A program made the translations under genes and the position numbers. The notes below the pieces were generated by a model that worked only from the letters and a program-made list of their open reading frames with translations, was not told where the DNA came from and did not search any database. Below are positions 1 to 17,272 of a stretch of DNA of 64,000 bases, piece after piece. Every line of letters starts with the position of its first letter. The first letter of the stretch is position 1. This DNA comes from the human T2T-CHM13v2.0 reference genome, Homo sapiens, in assembly GCF_009914755.1 (NCBI RefSeq), contig NC_060927.1. The stretch is one strand, 5' to 3'.

Positions 1-119
1 TGTTCTCAGTTGTAAAATAATCGTAATAATATGCCTGCCATGATAGAGGAGGGGAGATTCCATGAGCTCTTCATTAGTGTCAGAGCTTGATGTTGAGCTG
101 ACACTTAATATGAACTATG

Positions 120-600
120 TGACTTCATACTTCCCCTGCTCCGATGATCTGGCCCACACCTCTCTGCCTCTGCTTCCACTGCTCTGCCCTGCTCTCCCTG
201 CTCCAACCACATTGAGCTTCTTGCTGTTCCTTGAATAAGAATGTGCCAGCCACTCTCTCATCTCAGGACTCTTGCACCGGCTGTTGTCCCAGTGTCCCCA
301 TGGCTCTATCTGTCACTTCCATCAGGACTTTGTTCAAACATCAGCTTCTCAGTATAGCCTTCTCTGACAACCCTACTTACAAATGTCTGCCCACTCCTTC
401 CCTTTCCCTGCTTTATTTTCCTGTGGTGACTTAACACCATCTGATGCACTGGACCTGTTATCTTCTCCCCATGAGAATGTCCACTCCAGAGACAGATGTG
501 ACTGTGCCCCTGCACCCAGCAGAGGGCCCAGATAGAGTGGGGTGCAATAAACATTTGGTGAATAAATAAATGACTCATTCCAACATTGCTCATAGATTGC
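120..600 (+). mobile_element. LINE-2 (L2) 3' fragment, degraded
   Basis: L2-like motifs (ctctcatctcaggactcttgcac...ctgttgtccc) ending in the typical L2 tail aataaacatttggtgaataaataaatga. Boundaries approximate. Confidence 0.55.
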
Positions 601-971
601 AATGGAATCTGTGATGCACAGGACTGGTTCTTGGCTGGAGAGAAGGCGAAGGGATTAAGGTAATGAAGGAAAGCTGCTCTATAGGAGATAAGCTTTGGAG
701 CACAGTGAGGGGTGCAGATGGACAGGAGAGAAGAGAAAGGGTGGTTCGGGTGCAGGGCACAGACTAGGAAAAGGTCTGGTAACAGGACTGAACATGTGGT
801 GTCTGGGGAGTGGGACAAAGCAGATGAGGACCAGGAGTAGGGCCAGACTGGAAGGGCACATGTAGGCAAGGTCCCTGGGGATCCGCCTCAAAGGGTCAGG
901 AGGCACATGTCCCCTCCTAGGACTGAGATGAGCCAAAAGAGACCCCCCACAGATGGGGCTATTGCACTAGG

Positions 972-1016
972 CCCACCTGTTGTGGGAGTGACCCCACCTG
1001 TTGTGGGAGTGACCCC
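972..1016. repeat. Perfect 21-bp tandem duplication (cccacctgttgtgggagtgac x2)
   Basis: Units at 972-992 and 993-1013, read directly. Confidence 0.95.
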
Positions 1017-1710
1017 TGCAGAGTGCCCCTTTCCATGGAGTCCCATGGCAATTCTGGGCCTCAGTGGTACCCACTGTGGAACTAGTGTGCCCCTGTGGGT
1101 CAGCTTTCTCTAAAGGCAGGCCACACCCCAGAGTGAGGAGAGGTCTAATGGGATTATAGCCTTCAGCCTGGCCGAGCCCTGCTCCTCCATCCAATCGCAG
1201 GGGCTACTCTGGCAAAGCTCACACTGGTGGAGACAGGAAGTCCCCCTGCATAAGCATCCAGCTTGGACCTGTCCTCCCACATTGCAGGCAGTGGATGGCA
1301 TGACTGGCGCTGCCATGCGATTCCTGGAGACAGTGATTCAATGGACCCATGGGTCCCTGGGACCAGTTTCCAAGCAGTGTGAGAACACATAGCTGGCCAG
1401 TAGCCACACTCACCCCATCCACTCAAGTCAGATAGGGAAGCCTCTGTGTGCTGAGTTCTTCTACCCACACCCAATGAGCATGACCCATGCCCCTCCTCCA
1501 CTACTGCAGAATACCCCTTTGAGAGATGCCAGGCCTCTGTTTCACATCATCCAAGGAGAGGAGAAGGAGCTGGGGCAAAAGATCCCACAATATCGAAGGC
1601 CCCCACCTTGGCCTTGCACACATGGGCTGACAGCGAGGCGCAAACACTCCTATGAGGTCTGAACTCAACACTAAGAACCTTTCCAGTAGATCATGCAGAC
1701 AGAGCTTCAG

Positions 1711-1828
1711 AGCAGCGGTTCTCAGCCCCAGCTGCTGTTCAGAACCCCTGCAGGTGGAGCTCAGACACTCGCATTTTATAAAAGCTCCCCAGGTGAGTCC
1801 AGTGGGTACCCAAGGCTGAGAACTGCTG
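1711..1828. mobile_element. MER5A-like hAT-Charlie MITE
   Basis: Termini cagcggttctcagcc / ggctgagaactgctg are inverted repeats. Internal aagctccccaggtga is typical of MER5. Confidence 0.65.
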
Positions 1829-1837
1829 CTTCTAGAC

Positions 1838-2040
1838 CAGCATTGACCACAAGAGTTTTCTGGGAGGATGGAAATATTCTATCTATCTGGGTTATCCATA
1901 ATGGTAGCCACTGGTCACATGTGATTACTGAACACTTGAAATGTGGCTAGTGTGAGTGAGGAACTGAATTTTAAATTTTATTGAATTTTAATTAATTCCT
2001 GTGCTATATGTGGCTAGTGGCTACTGTATGGCCAGTGCAG
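1838..2040. mobile_element. MER3-like hAT-Charlie element with 8-bp TSD
   Basis: Characteristic gtagccactggtcacatgtg...acttgaaatgtggctagtgtgagtgaggaactgaattttaaatttt body. Flanked by identical ttctagac at 1830-1837 and 2041-2048. Confidence 0.8.
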
Positions 2041-2575
2041 TTCTAGACTATAGACCGGCTCTGTGGCTGTGGGCAAGTCACTGAGCCTCTCAGACTTCAG
2101 TCTCCCAGTGAGGCCATGGGGGGGCATGAGGCCCAGTCCACAGTAGCTGTGGCAACCCTTTGTCCCTGTGCCCCACTGCCTAGCTGAGGGAGTTTTGGAG
2201 ACAACCCAACCCCAGGGACCTGAGGCAAAACAGAAGGATGCAGGCCACAGAGCTGTCCTCAGAGCATTTGGGGAGAGAAGATGGGGCCAGATGCCCAAGA
2301 GGCCAGATCATGGGATTTCCCTCTTCCATTGAGCCCTGAATTGTGCTGTGAACCAGCCCAGAACAGTGCCAGAAAGAAAATAACTGACAACTTTCACCTA
2401 CTGCAGAGTCACCCTATACCAAAGGCCACATGAGTCTTAACCACAACCCACAACAAGGAGCAGTGCATTTTACTGATGGAGAAACTGAGGCACAGAGTTA
2501 GTAAGTGAGAAGCCAGGATTAAAACCAAGCCTGTCTGTCTGCAAACCTGAACCATTAATCCTAATGCATCCATGA

Positions 2576-3290
<715 letters not shown>

Positions 3291-5462
3291 CAACAGCCTC
3301 TTTTTAATATCAAATTAATGTTTTAATGATGGACTAGTTAACTCCAAGTTAGGCTGATACTCAGGAACATGCACTATTTATGCTTTTATGGTTTCATGTC
3401 CTCCTCTCCATGAGTTTGAGAAGCAGGGTCACAGCTGGTCATTAAATGGGGCAAGCCAGTCAGGTCCAGGCCCATAGGGGGCTTTGAGCACAGGGTTTCC
3501 AGAATCTAGGGAAGAGCTGGTATAAATGCCCATTGCCAGGCCTGTCAGAGTCTGATTTGGTGGGTATGGGTGGGGCCAGGAGTCTGTATTTGTAACATGT
3601 CCCTTCAGTGAAAAAAACAGCTCTGCCTTGCCCTCAAGGAGCAAGGGGACTGTCACCTGGCTATGATGCCCTGGCCAGGGACACAAGACTAGACAAGTCC
3701 CAACTCTGACCCCAGCTTGCTGGAGCCCTTCTGGTTTCAATGAATGGATGCGGTTAGGGGCCTCCCTGGAGGAAGCGCCTGGAGGCCTCCTTCGCCTCCC
3801 CTTCCTCATCATGGCACACTGGCCTCCTCACTGCCCTCCCACAAGCCAAGCTCAGGCCCTCCTCAGGGCCTTTGCACAGCTATTCCCTCTGCTTGGGCTG
3901 CTCATCCGCCGTGTCATCATTCTGCTGGCTCATGATATTTCAGGCCTCAGCCTGAACGTCACCTCAGAGTCGCATCCTCTGACCCCGCCCCAGCACCCTC
4001 TCATGCCTCTCTGCTCCTCACTCCTGACATGTTGTGAGTTTATCATTCATTTCCCCTATGACTATGAGCTCCCTGAAAGCAGGGACCACACCCTGCTGGT
4101 CACCGGTGAATGTGGAACACTTGGCCCTGGCCTGGCACGAAGAAAGATCACTCAGATTTGTCTGATGAATCAGTCCCCAAAACCAGTGAGCCTGAGTGCA
4201 CCAGGGAATCCCTCCCACCATCTCCAGCGATGCTTCCACTCAGGGACTTTCTGTAGGGTGAAGAACAGGGGATTCAATTCCACAAGTGTTCGGGGAATGC
4301 CAGCTGTGTGCCGGGGCCTGTGGTGGGGTCACCAGGCTCTAATGGAGTGGCAGGTGTATACCAGCCCCTGAGCCTGCCTCAGAGGGAGAAGCAGGTGACT
4401 AGCACCAGAGTCCTTGCTCCAAGGAAGCCAGAGAGGAAAAGGACCACCAAGCAGGTTGAGCTCAGGGAGTGTCCTCACGGGGGTTCAAGCCCAGCACCAG
4501 GGGTGCCCCTCGGGTGGCAGGATCAGGGGTTTCTGAGAAGAGGAGGAGAAAGCATTTGGTGTGTTGAGGGGGTATTGAAAGACAAGCAGGTATTCCACAG
4601 TGACGTGGGTGCCCCAGACCGTGGAAGGGCAAGTGTGGGACAGAAGAGATGCACAGCTTTTTGGGGCTGAGACAGGCAGTAGCAGGCCCGTCTGGTGCAG
4701 ACTCACTTCCGCTGCCTCCTGCCCATCAGCTCCCTTGCCTCTCAGGGACTGTCCTGCTCCCCACAACCCAGCTCAGCTGCAAGGAAACGAGGGGGTCATT
4801 CAGGTGACAAAGGCCCCCTCTGATGAGTCATCCTTGGGTCTCAGGTAGGCCTAACCCCCACAAGTCACTCACACACTCAGTGCCAGAGCAGCCACCCTGT
4901 GCAGGGGCGAGACTGATCCCCAGAGAGGAGGGGCCTTGTCTTCTGGTCCTGGACGAGCACAAAATGGACTCGGACAGATGTGGGGTGATTGTACTTGTCA
5001 GCCTCCCTGGGGATCACTGTGTGCTCCCTCACGCAAAGCCCCTCTATGGTTCCCCATGCTCCTGGGATGAGGTCAGACTCTCCATTGCCTGCCTGCCCCA
5101 CCACCTCTTCAGCCTCGCCTTGCAGCCCGCCCCACCAGGATCACCCCATGGGCCAGACCTTTCCAGCCCATTACCTGCTCTAAGCTGTTCCCTCTACCTG
5201 GGAGGCTCCTGTGTCTGGGATCTTTTTGAAAAATCCTGCCCCCAACGTTGGTTCAGATATCCTACCTCCCATATGCTGCCTCTCCTCTGGATCCCACAAC
5301 CCCACTCCAGGGCTCTGGCTGCTCAGCCTCCCCCAGGCCAGCTCCTCCTCCACTGTGGCTACAGGAGCCAGATCTTAATCCAGCTGAGGATCCCTGTTGT
5401 CCTGGAGGGAGGGTCCTGTCAGTTCACTCTGCTGCCCTCTTTATCATATGTGATGGATGAGG

Positions 5463-5735
5463 GCGTGTGCACCTGTGTCTGCATGCATGGCTGAAAGGGC
5501 GTGCATGTCTGTGTATGTGAGTGTCTGTGTGCATGCACAGGTATGCGAGTGTGGGTACAGCTGTGTCTGTGTGTCCATGGCTGCGCCTCTGTGTGCACAC
5601 GTGTGGGTGTGTTTGACTGTATCTGTATGTGCATCTCTGAATCTGTGTGTGCATGGCTATGTCTCTGAGTGCTGTGTGTGGTTCATGTGTGTGTGCCTAT
5701 GTGAGACTCTGTGCATGATCCTGTGCCTGTGTATC
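5463..5735. repeat. Degenerate (TG)n-rich low-complexity tract
   Basis: Alternating tg/tgca runs. Source of several C/V- and H/T-rich spurious ORFs. Confidence 0.85.
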
Positions 5736-6170
5736 TTGGTTTGGGTTCCTCTAGAAGCCAACCCTGGGAAAGGATTCAAGAATAATTGTAATTCATTTAT
5801 CTGGGAGGTGATTCTAGGCAACAACCGGAGGGGGCGTTATGAAGCAAGTGACTTCTGTGGGAGAGCCGGGCTCAATCCTGCTGGAGAGCTGTGGGACAGG
5901 CTGCAGAACATGCCAGGGTCACCCCAGCTGAGGCATGAGGGAGTCGAGAGGTTTTTCCACCCATTCTTAGCAGCCCTGGTTGAGACCTGGCATTTCCTGT
6001 CTGCCCTACACACAGGCCTCAAGGCCCCCTGGGCATAGAAAGCCCTCAGGCACAGGGTCTCCAGTACTGGCAGCTGGAAGTCAGGCTTGTGTCACCCAGA
6101 TTTGTCTGACAAATCAATGGTGACACATTTTTTTTGTCCGACAAAAAAATGGTGAGTGGGAGGGGCCCAG
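5727..6170. mobile_element. MaLR LTR remnant (MLT1K-like)
   Basis: tgggttcctctagaagccaaccctgggaaaggattcaag...tttatctgggaggtgattctagg...agaaagccctcaggcacagg resembles the MLT1K consensus. Confidence 0.55.
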
Positions 6171-6320
6171 GCGCAAAGTCAACACAAGCCTCTCCACCGT
6201 GTGTCCATGTTTATGTGTATGCGCTGTGCCCCGTCATGCCACCTGGACGCAGGGACTCCAGTGACCTCTCCTTGCACAAGCCTCTGCTGGTTTGGGAAAG
6301 ATTGGCATGACATCAGCCAA
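6170..6320. promoter_or_regulatory. Candidate ALAS1 distal (~-21 kb) drug-responsive enhancer with imperfect DR4
   Basis: Minus-strand AGGTCA-ctgg-AGTCCC at 6252-6267, with HNF4-like caaagtca, FOX-like tgtttat and NF1-like ttggca nearby. Human ALAS1 is known to have CAR/PXR enhancers at about -20 and -16 kb. Assignment to this exact motif is inference. Confidence 0.5.
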
Positions 6321-6439
6321 GCTCTGGCCTTGCCTTTTTTCCCTCCCGGAACCCGGCTGGCTCAAGATCTGAGCCGTGGATCTGCACCCACTTTGGGGAG
6401 TTCCTGCCCTTGGGCTAGAGTAGAGGCCAAGAGTCAAAG

Positions 6440-7223
<784 letters not shown>

Positions 7224-8087
7224 CTAGCCCAGGGCCAAAAGGGGTGTGACTGGGATGACACTGGCAGGGGGTTAGTTCTCCTCTTTGGGGAGGGGTAGTG
7301 GCCAGTTACCACTGTCTCAGCAAGGTTTAGAAATTCAGGAGCTATGGGACAGGGCCAATGACAAGGGGCCAAAGAATGGGGAAAGGGGGAGCTGCCAGGT
7401 CTCACTGGGAAGATCTAATGGTTATTGGGCCAAGGGGAGTGGAAGGGGTTACAAAGAAAGTGTGAGAATAAATTGGGGAGGGTGTCAAGGAGCAGCAAGG
7501 ACAATAAGGAGGAGGCTGGGGTGACACTGGAGCACCCTCAACAAAGAGGGAGCATGGAGGCTGCCAGGCCTGGAGACCTGAGGAGCAGCAGGTAGAAGGG
7601 GGCCCAGCCCCAGGGAGATGGTGACAGCACAGAGATGCAGCAGGGGCACTGGGCAGTGCCAGGCTGTGAGGCACCAGAATATCCAAATGCACAGTTGGGA
7701 GCAGTATCAAGGACTAAGGCAGCTGTGGGGTTTAGGGAGACAGTGAGAGGCACCCCCGAAGCCTACTGGGGCAGAGCAGGAAGGAGCTGGGGCTGGAGCC
7801 TGGGGAAGCCAGGACCCTGGGGGAGTCTTTAGGAGCTAGCACGGAAGGCTTGGGGTCTCCCCTGAGGTTTACAGGGCGGGGTGCTGTAGAGGGTCAGGGG
7901 ATGGGATCAAGAGAGAGGGTGACAGGTCAAGGGGGTCCATAGGGGTGAGCTGAGCTCATGGGCTTAGAGTTGCGTAGATAGACTCTAATCCCAGGTGCAA
8001 CATTAGCTTGCTGTGTAACCCTAGGCAAGATCTTGAACTCTCTGAGCTGCAGTTGCCTCATGTGAAATGAAGATTGTAACTGAAGCC

Positions 8088-10360
<2,273 letters not shown>

Positions 10361-11160
10361 CAACCCTAGGGCGTAGGGTTGCTGTAAGGATTTAACCACA
10401 GGCCTAGAACATGGTAAACTCTCAATAAATGGTAGCTTTAAAAAGAAGGGCAGGCTAAGGGAGGCTGAGGGAGCTCAGGCTGGCAGACTTTCCCTGCATG
10501 TGTCCACATACTCACACACGCACAGGAGGCAAAGGACCACCCATGGAATCCACCCAGGAGGGCCAGGACAGGGGACTCAGGGGCCTCAGCCTGCACTCAC
10601 CTGCTCAGCAGAGCTGAGCTCAGGGCATAACGTCAGCTTCCTGGGCAGAAGAGCTGCCAAAATCAAAGCTTTGCTAGTCAGAAAATTCCTTGGGAATGTT
10701 GAGCAAGGCCACCACTGACATCATGTGCAAATTCGCAGACAGCCTCTGCACCTAAGGCTACTCAGACCCACAGCCTTGGCTCGATGGGGTGGCAGACTCT
10801 GTATGCCACCAGCACACCCACCCACAGGGCAGAGGGGTCAGGACATAGAATCAGACAGGCCCCAGGGACCCCAGTGAAGATTATAGGCAGCCATTCCCCA
10901 CTCAACAGAGGAGAAGGTCAGAGCCAAGTCTGACATTCCCCCATCCCCTCTCCATAACACCCATGCATCTGGCAGTCAGACAGGCCTAAGCTAAACCTTT
11001 CCCCCCCAGCTACCCACCAGGGTCATCCCCAAGCCAGGTCAGGGCCAATGGAGGTTGGGGTGGAGAAGACAGGCTTGGCCCTATTTCCTGCCCAACTCAG
11101 AACCTTCTGGTTTCTGCCACAGGATGCCTTGCAAGCTTATCGGGGTCACTGTGGGCAGCT

Positions 11161-11176
11161 GGGTGAGCTAAGTTCA
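11161..11176 (+). promoter_or_regulatory. DR4 nuclear-receptor element GGGTGA-gcta-AGTTCA, likely core of the ~-16 kb ALAS1 drug-responsive enhancer (CAR/PXR)
   Basis: Near-consensus DR4 in non-repeat DNA 15.9 kb upstream of the ALAS1 TSS, with further half-sites nearby (aggtca ~11036, tgacct ~11189, ggttca ~11257). The distance matches the known enhancer. Confidence 0.7.
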
Positions 11177-12130
11177 TCTGTGCTGCCGTGACCTCTGTGC
11201 AGATGCATCAAGAACACAGAGTGCTCCGGGGTTAGGATGAGGGCAGCGCTGATAAGGTTCATGGAACCAGTGACAGAGCACACAGCTGCCCACAGAGTCA
11301 CTCCCCTGTGCCCCAGCCTGGACACCTCAGCTCCCTCTCAACCCCTTCCCGAGGTGCTAGATGTATATGGGACCAGAAAGCCCCCTCTGTGTCCTCCTGT
11401 GTGAGAGCCCAGCTGCTTAGGTGTTTGTGACTCTGGGCACCTGTGGGCCTGAGATTATGTGTATCTGAGAGATATTCAGGGCGTGCATCTATGAATGTGA
11501 CCAACAGGCTGCCCTGCCAGGGCAGGCAGGGGTACAAGAGTAGGGGTGGAGGAATTGGGGGATGGGAACAGGTTGCCCCACCAACATCTGGGGCAGGACC
11601 ATTATGGGCAGAAGGGAGCAAAGGCCTGAGGTGCTCTTGAGGATTTGCAGGGTGGGTTTAAGGGACAGAAAAGTGAGTTGTGAGTGAATGTCAAAGAGGT
11701 CGGTGGGCCTTGTGGACTCCTGTAAGAACTTGGCTTCTACCTTGAGTGACAGTGAGCCCTGGGGGTGCTTTGAGCAGAGAAGGAACTTCACGCAGCTTAG
11801 CTTTTAAAAGATCACTCTGGCTGCTCTGAGATAGATCAGTGGTTTTCCAAGTGTGGTCCAACAGCAGCACCTGAGAACTTGCAGAAATGCAGATTCTCAG
11901 GCGCCCTGCTAAATCAGGACACCAGGGGCAGGGCACAGAGATGGCGTCACAGGAGCTCTCCAGGGATGGCTTATACCCCTCCAGCAGCCTTGCTGCAGGG
12001 CTCCTGGAGAACTCCAACCCCACCAGACCCCACCAGATAGCTGCTATGAGCAGAATGAGTTCTGTGGTCAGCTGCATGTGGGAAATGAGGCTCCTGCACT
12101 CACACCCCCTAAGTTCTCTCAACACACAGC

Positions 12131-12456
<326 letters not shown>

Positions 12457-15400
12457 TAAAGCTTCTCCAAATCCCACGAAAAAGAAACCAGGTCACCTTT
12501 GCTCAGGCCAAGTGAATTATATAATACCCTTTCTTAACTTACTTGACTATGGAATATTTTTTCCAGAGACCATTTCATGAACATAGACCACACTGAAAAA
12601 TGCTACTTCAGGTACATTTTGGTTTATTTCTCCAGGCTCCTACACTGCGCCTAACACAGAGTGACCACCCAACAACTGCCCTTTGAAAAATGCATGAAGC
12701 TCCCCCATGGTGACCCTGATGAAATTCAGGTGATTTATAAACCAACTGACCTTCCCCCAAGCTCTGGAAGGACTTGGCTTCAGCACCTCATACACTGACT
12801 CCCTGGGCTCCCCTGGGAGTCCAGGGGTCTGGAGGTTCCAAGCACAAGAAGGGGAAGAGGGAGGGGTTGCCGCCTTGGCTTTCACGGAACAATGACCTCT
12901 CTGGTGCTCAGGGTCCCCACCCTGCCTGAGCTCAGGGCCAAGTCACAAGGCAGCTTCCGTAGAAGACTTTTTTTTTTTTTTTGCCCCGAGAACCCCCCAC
13001 TCAGCCCAGATGATGTGTTGTTTGTAGAAAGCTTAAGTGGGTCCCAGGAGGTCAGTCCAGCCAGCACCTGCCTCCAGGCTGGGCAGCCACTCCTCTGGTC
13101 CTTGCACACAGCCGGGCATCAGGCCTGCCTCAGGGGCCCCTTTGAGGCCTCAAGAACAACTGAGCTCTCCTTTGTTCCCAAGGAAATCTCAGTGGAGGCC
13201 CTTTCATTAGTGAGAGGCACCTGGCCATGAAGTTCAAATAGACTCAGAAGCCCGAAGGTCCAGGAAATGCCAGAGGGGCCACAGAATCACAGCTTTCCTC
13301 ATCACGGGTGCCAGAAGAGCCTTGAAACCACCAGGTCTATGCCTGTATTAACAGATGGAGAATATGTACAACTATTATACATCAATAACATTTTTTTTAA
13401 AAACAGGTGGAGAATCTGAGGTCCAGAAACAAGACATGACTGTTATGGTCACACAGCTTGGCTCTCATGCCCTTGGGATCTCCCTGGTCCACGCTCTGGT
13501 CAGTTTAATAGTTCTCAGGGGTGTACAGAGCCATCGGGACAGACCTGAGCAGGATGGCCACAGAGGAGGCAGGCAGAGGGAGGGCCAGTCAGGGGCTCTT
13601 GATAGTCCTGACTTCATCAGGAATGAGCGCAGGGGAAGGGATCACGATCCCAGGGAGCCAGGCTGCACTTGCGGTAGGGAGGTGGAGGTGAGGGGTGAAG
13701 CAGAGCAACCCTGCGGCCCTGCACAGCTCAGCCCGTGTGTGTGACCCTATGTATGATGACGTCCCAATCATGGCACACCATGGCTGCACATGTGTGCCTC
13801 TGTGACAAGGTCACAGCCCCCGAGGCACGCTGTGACTACACCATGTATCTAACTGTCACAAGGTGCTGCTATCCCTATGACCAGAGTGGTTGGCCATGTG
13901 GCCATGTGTGAAAGGGTGTTTGTGACCCTGGGCAGCTGTGGGCCTGGGATTCTGCATGTATTTGAGAGACCTTCAGGGTGTGCACGTAGGAATGTGACCA
14001 GCAGACCACGCTGCCAGACACTAGGCCCTAAGAACTTCCAAACTTGAAATGTCACTTCAGAGTGGCCAGCAGTCTTCTGTCTGCTAAGACACAGGCAGGC
14101 TGTGGAAAACTATTTTCTAGATGTTGTTACACAAATATAGAGTGAGAGCCCTTCTGCTGCACAGCTATGGTCATCTTCTGAGGTGGTGGTCAAGGAAGAG
14201 AGCGGGAGAGGGACCAGGAGGGGGAACGAGGGTCTGACTGCAGCCTCCACCCCAGCTGAGCTTCAAGGGGCTTCAGTTGACTCCTGACCACACCGTCCAC
14301 AGACCAGGCTGAGATCAGAGGTGGCCTATCCCAGGGTGAGCTTAGGGAGAGCCATTGGAGAGGATGACATAGACACCCGGGAGGGCCCATGGGAGCTTGC
14401 GTATGCATGGGTGGCAGTGGAGTGGCAGAGTGTCGGGACATGGACACTTACAGATCTCCCCAAGGAAGGCTCCTGAAGATGCTCAACTGGGCCCCTAGTA
14501 AATGGCCTTGCTCCATTTCCCCTGGCCTTCTCCAGGCCATCTGCTGACCAGCCATCTGACCCTAGCTTTCCACACTCACCTCTTTGCTGACACAACCTGC
14601 CCACAAATGGCCCCATCTCTGGGCCCACAAACGGCCCTATCTCTGGGGCCTAAGGACCCACCCACACACACTCACTTGCACATAGTTCACAGATAATCCT
14701 CATTTATTTACCCACTCCATTCATTCATGCATTTATTCATATGTTCATTCATTCATTCAACAAATGCTCATTGGGTACCTCTTGTGAGCCACCAGCCCTG
14801 CTGAACTTCTCCAACTCCCCAGGTCAGAGAAATGAAGGCACAGTCCCAGTGGACCCCGGTGTGAGTAGCTCAGCAAAGAGGAACCTGGAGGCTGAGTGGG
14901 CTGATGGCCGTTAGCTAGGGGGAAGCACTGAGGGGTGTCACAACCAGGCCACTGCATCAAGCTGGATGGGCTTTGGAGATTGGGTAAACACTGTGGCTGC
15001 CTTCCCCCAACCCCAGGCTGGATCTGGCACCTAATGAGTCGGGGTTGAGTCCCAAGGCTTCAGAGCTGTCCTCTAATCCCAAAGCCTACAGAACAAGACC
15101 CATCCCTTGGATGGTTCTCAGGGCCCCCTCAGTTGGGCCCAGATTGCCTTAGCTGCCCCCATGCCCCCTTCCCACCAGCTACACCAGATAATGTAAGTTC
15201 CCTGAAGGCTTGGAGGACTATGGCCTTCCAGCTCCTCCGCATTGCCCCCTCCCAAGGGGGCCTGGAGCCCAGCTTCCAAGGCTCCCCATATCCCCCCAAC
15301 TTCTCTGCCATGCCTCCTTGCTCACATTTCAGTCATGATAATAGTAATCATAATTAGATCTATCCAGCACCTCCTTGGCACTGGGCATGGATGGGTGATT

Positions 15401-15951
15401 ATTTCCAACCCTCCCATATTCCAAAGCATAGTGGCCAGAGCTGGAGGTGACCAAGAGTGTTGCACTAGATCCCCCAGCCTGGGGCACTGGTCAGCTCCTG
15501 GCCTCCTCCACCCCAAATCATCGCCAGCTTGGCTCCTTCTCCTTCAGGACTCACCCTAAACATCCTCTCCTCAGAGAGGCCTCTCCAAGCCTCCAAACAG
15601 AGCAGCCACTGTCCTTGTCACTCAGAGCACCATGTGAGCTCTCACCCTCACAAGATTATGTGTCTGGATGGCGTGTCCTTCTGGACATCTGTCTCCCCCA
15701 CCAAAGTGTCCACTCCGCGAGAATAGGGACTACATCTACCTTGTTCATAGCTGCCATCCCGGAACCTAGTTCAACACTAGGCAAACAGTAGGTACACAGT
15801 AAGTATTTGCTGAATAAAAAAAGCCTATTGATCCATTTCCTGGAAGCTGCCTCACTCCATCAAGGATCTGAGGCCACTCACAAGAACACACTCAATTCAA
15901 GAGGAGAGAAAAAGAAAAAAAAACATAAAGTTGGAATAAAAGATTCTGACC

Positions 15952-16512
<561 letters not shown>

Positions 16513-16992
16513 TAAATACCCCACAGAAGTCCTCACCCCACATAAGGAAGCAGGTTCAAGGACACTGATAGGAGTAACCCATTGGAAACTACCAAATGAA
16601 CAGTAAGAGGCTAGACAAGTGAATCATGGTGCATCAGCACAGCGGAATACTATGCGGCTGTCAAAAAGGATGCAGCCCTCTTCAAGGTGTAGTATTCAAT
16701 GCAAAAAGCAAGGAGAAAACAAGAAAGACTTTTTTATATGTTCAGTGCTGGACTTGTAGTAGGTGAGCAACTGATAAATGTTGAATGAATAAGTAGAATC
16801 TTTCTGAAAAGACCTATGAGAACTCAGGAGCAGTGGTTGTGTATGGAAAGAGACCTGGATAAGGGAAATCTCTTTTACTCTGTTACACTATTTGCATTAT
16901 CATATGCAAATATCTATTCAAATAAATAAGCTTTTGTTATTTAAAAAACCATTAAAATTCAAAGTGCTCATATAAAAATCTGGATGTGATTA

Positions 16993-17272
16993 GGCCAGGC
17001 CTAGTGGCTCACGCCTGTAATTCCAGCACTTTGGGAGGCCAAGGTGGGAGGATCACCTGAGGCCAGGGCCTGGCAACATAATGAGACCCCATCTCTACAA
17101 AAAAATTAAAAATTAGCCAGGCATGGTGGTGCGCATCTGAGTCCCAGCCACTCAGGAGGCTGAGGCTAGAGGATCACTTGAGTTCAGGAGGTGGAGGCTG
17201 CAGTGAGCCATGATTGTATCACCACACTCCATCCTGGGGGAGAGAGCGAGACCATGTCTCTTAAAAAAAAAA
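16993..17272 (+). mobile_element. AluJ-like
   Basis: Alu consensus with J-type features (ggctgcagtgagccatgat). Confidence 0.85.

Noticed and set aside
3748-6038. 200-aa-class ORFs at 3748-4371, 4823-5494 and 5457-6038
   Set aside because: Overlap L2-like, TG-rich or LTR sequence, with no protein-family signature or splice structure.
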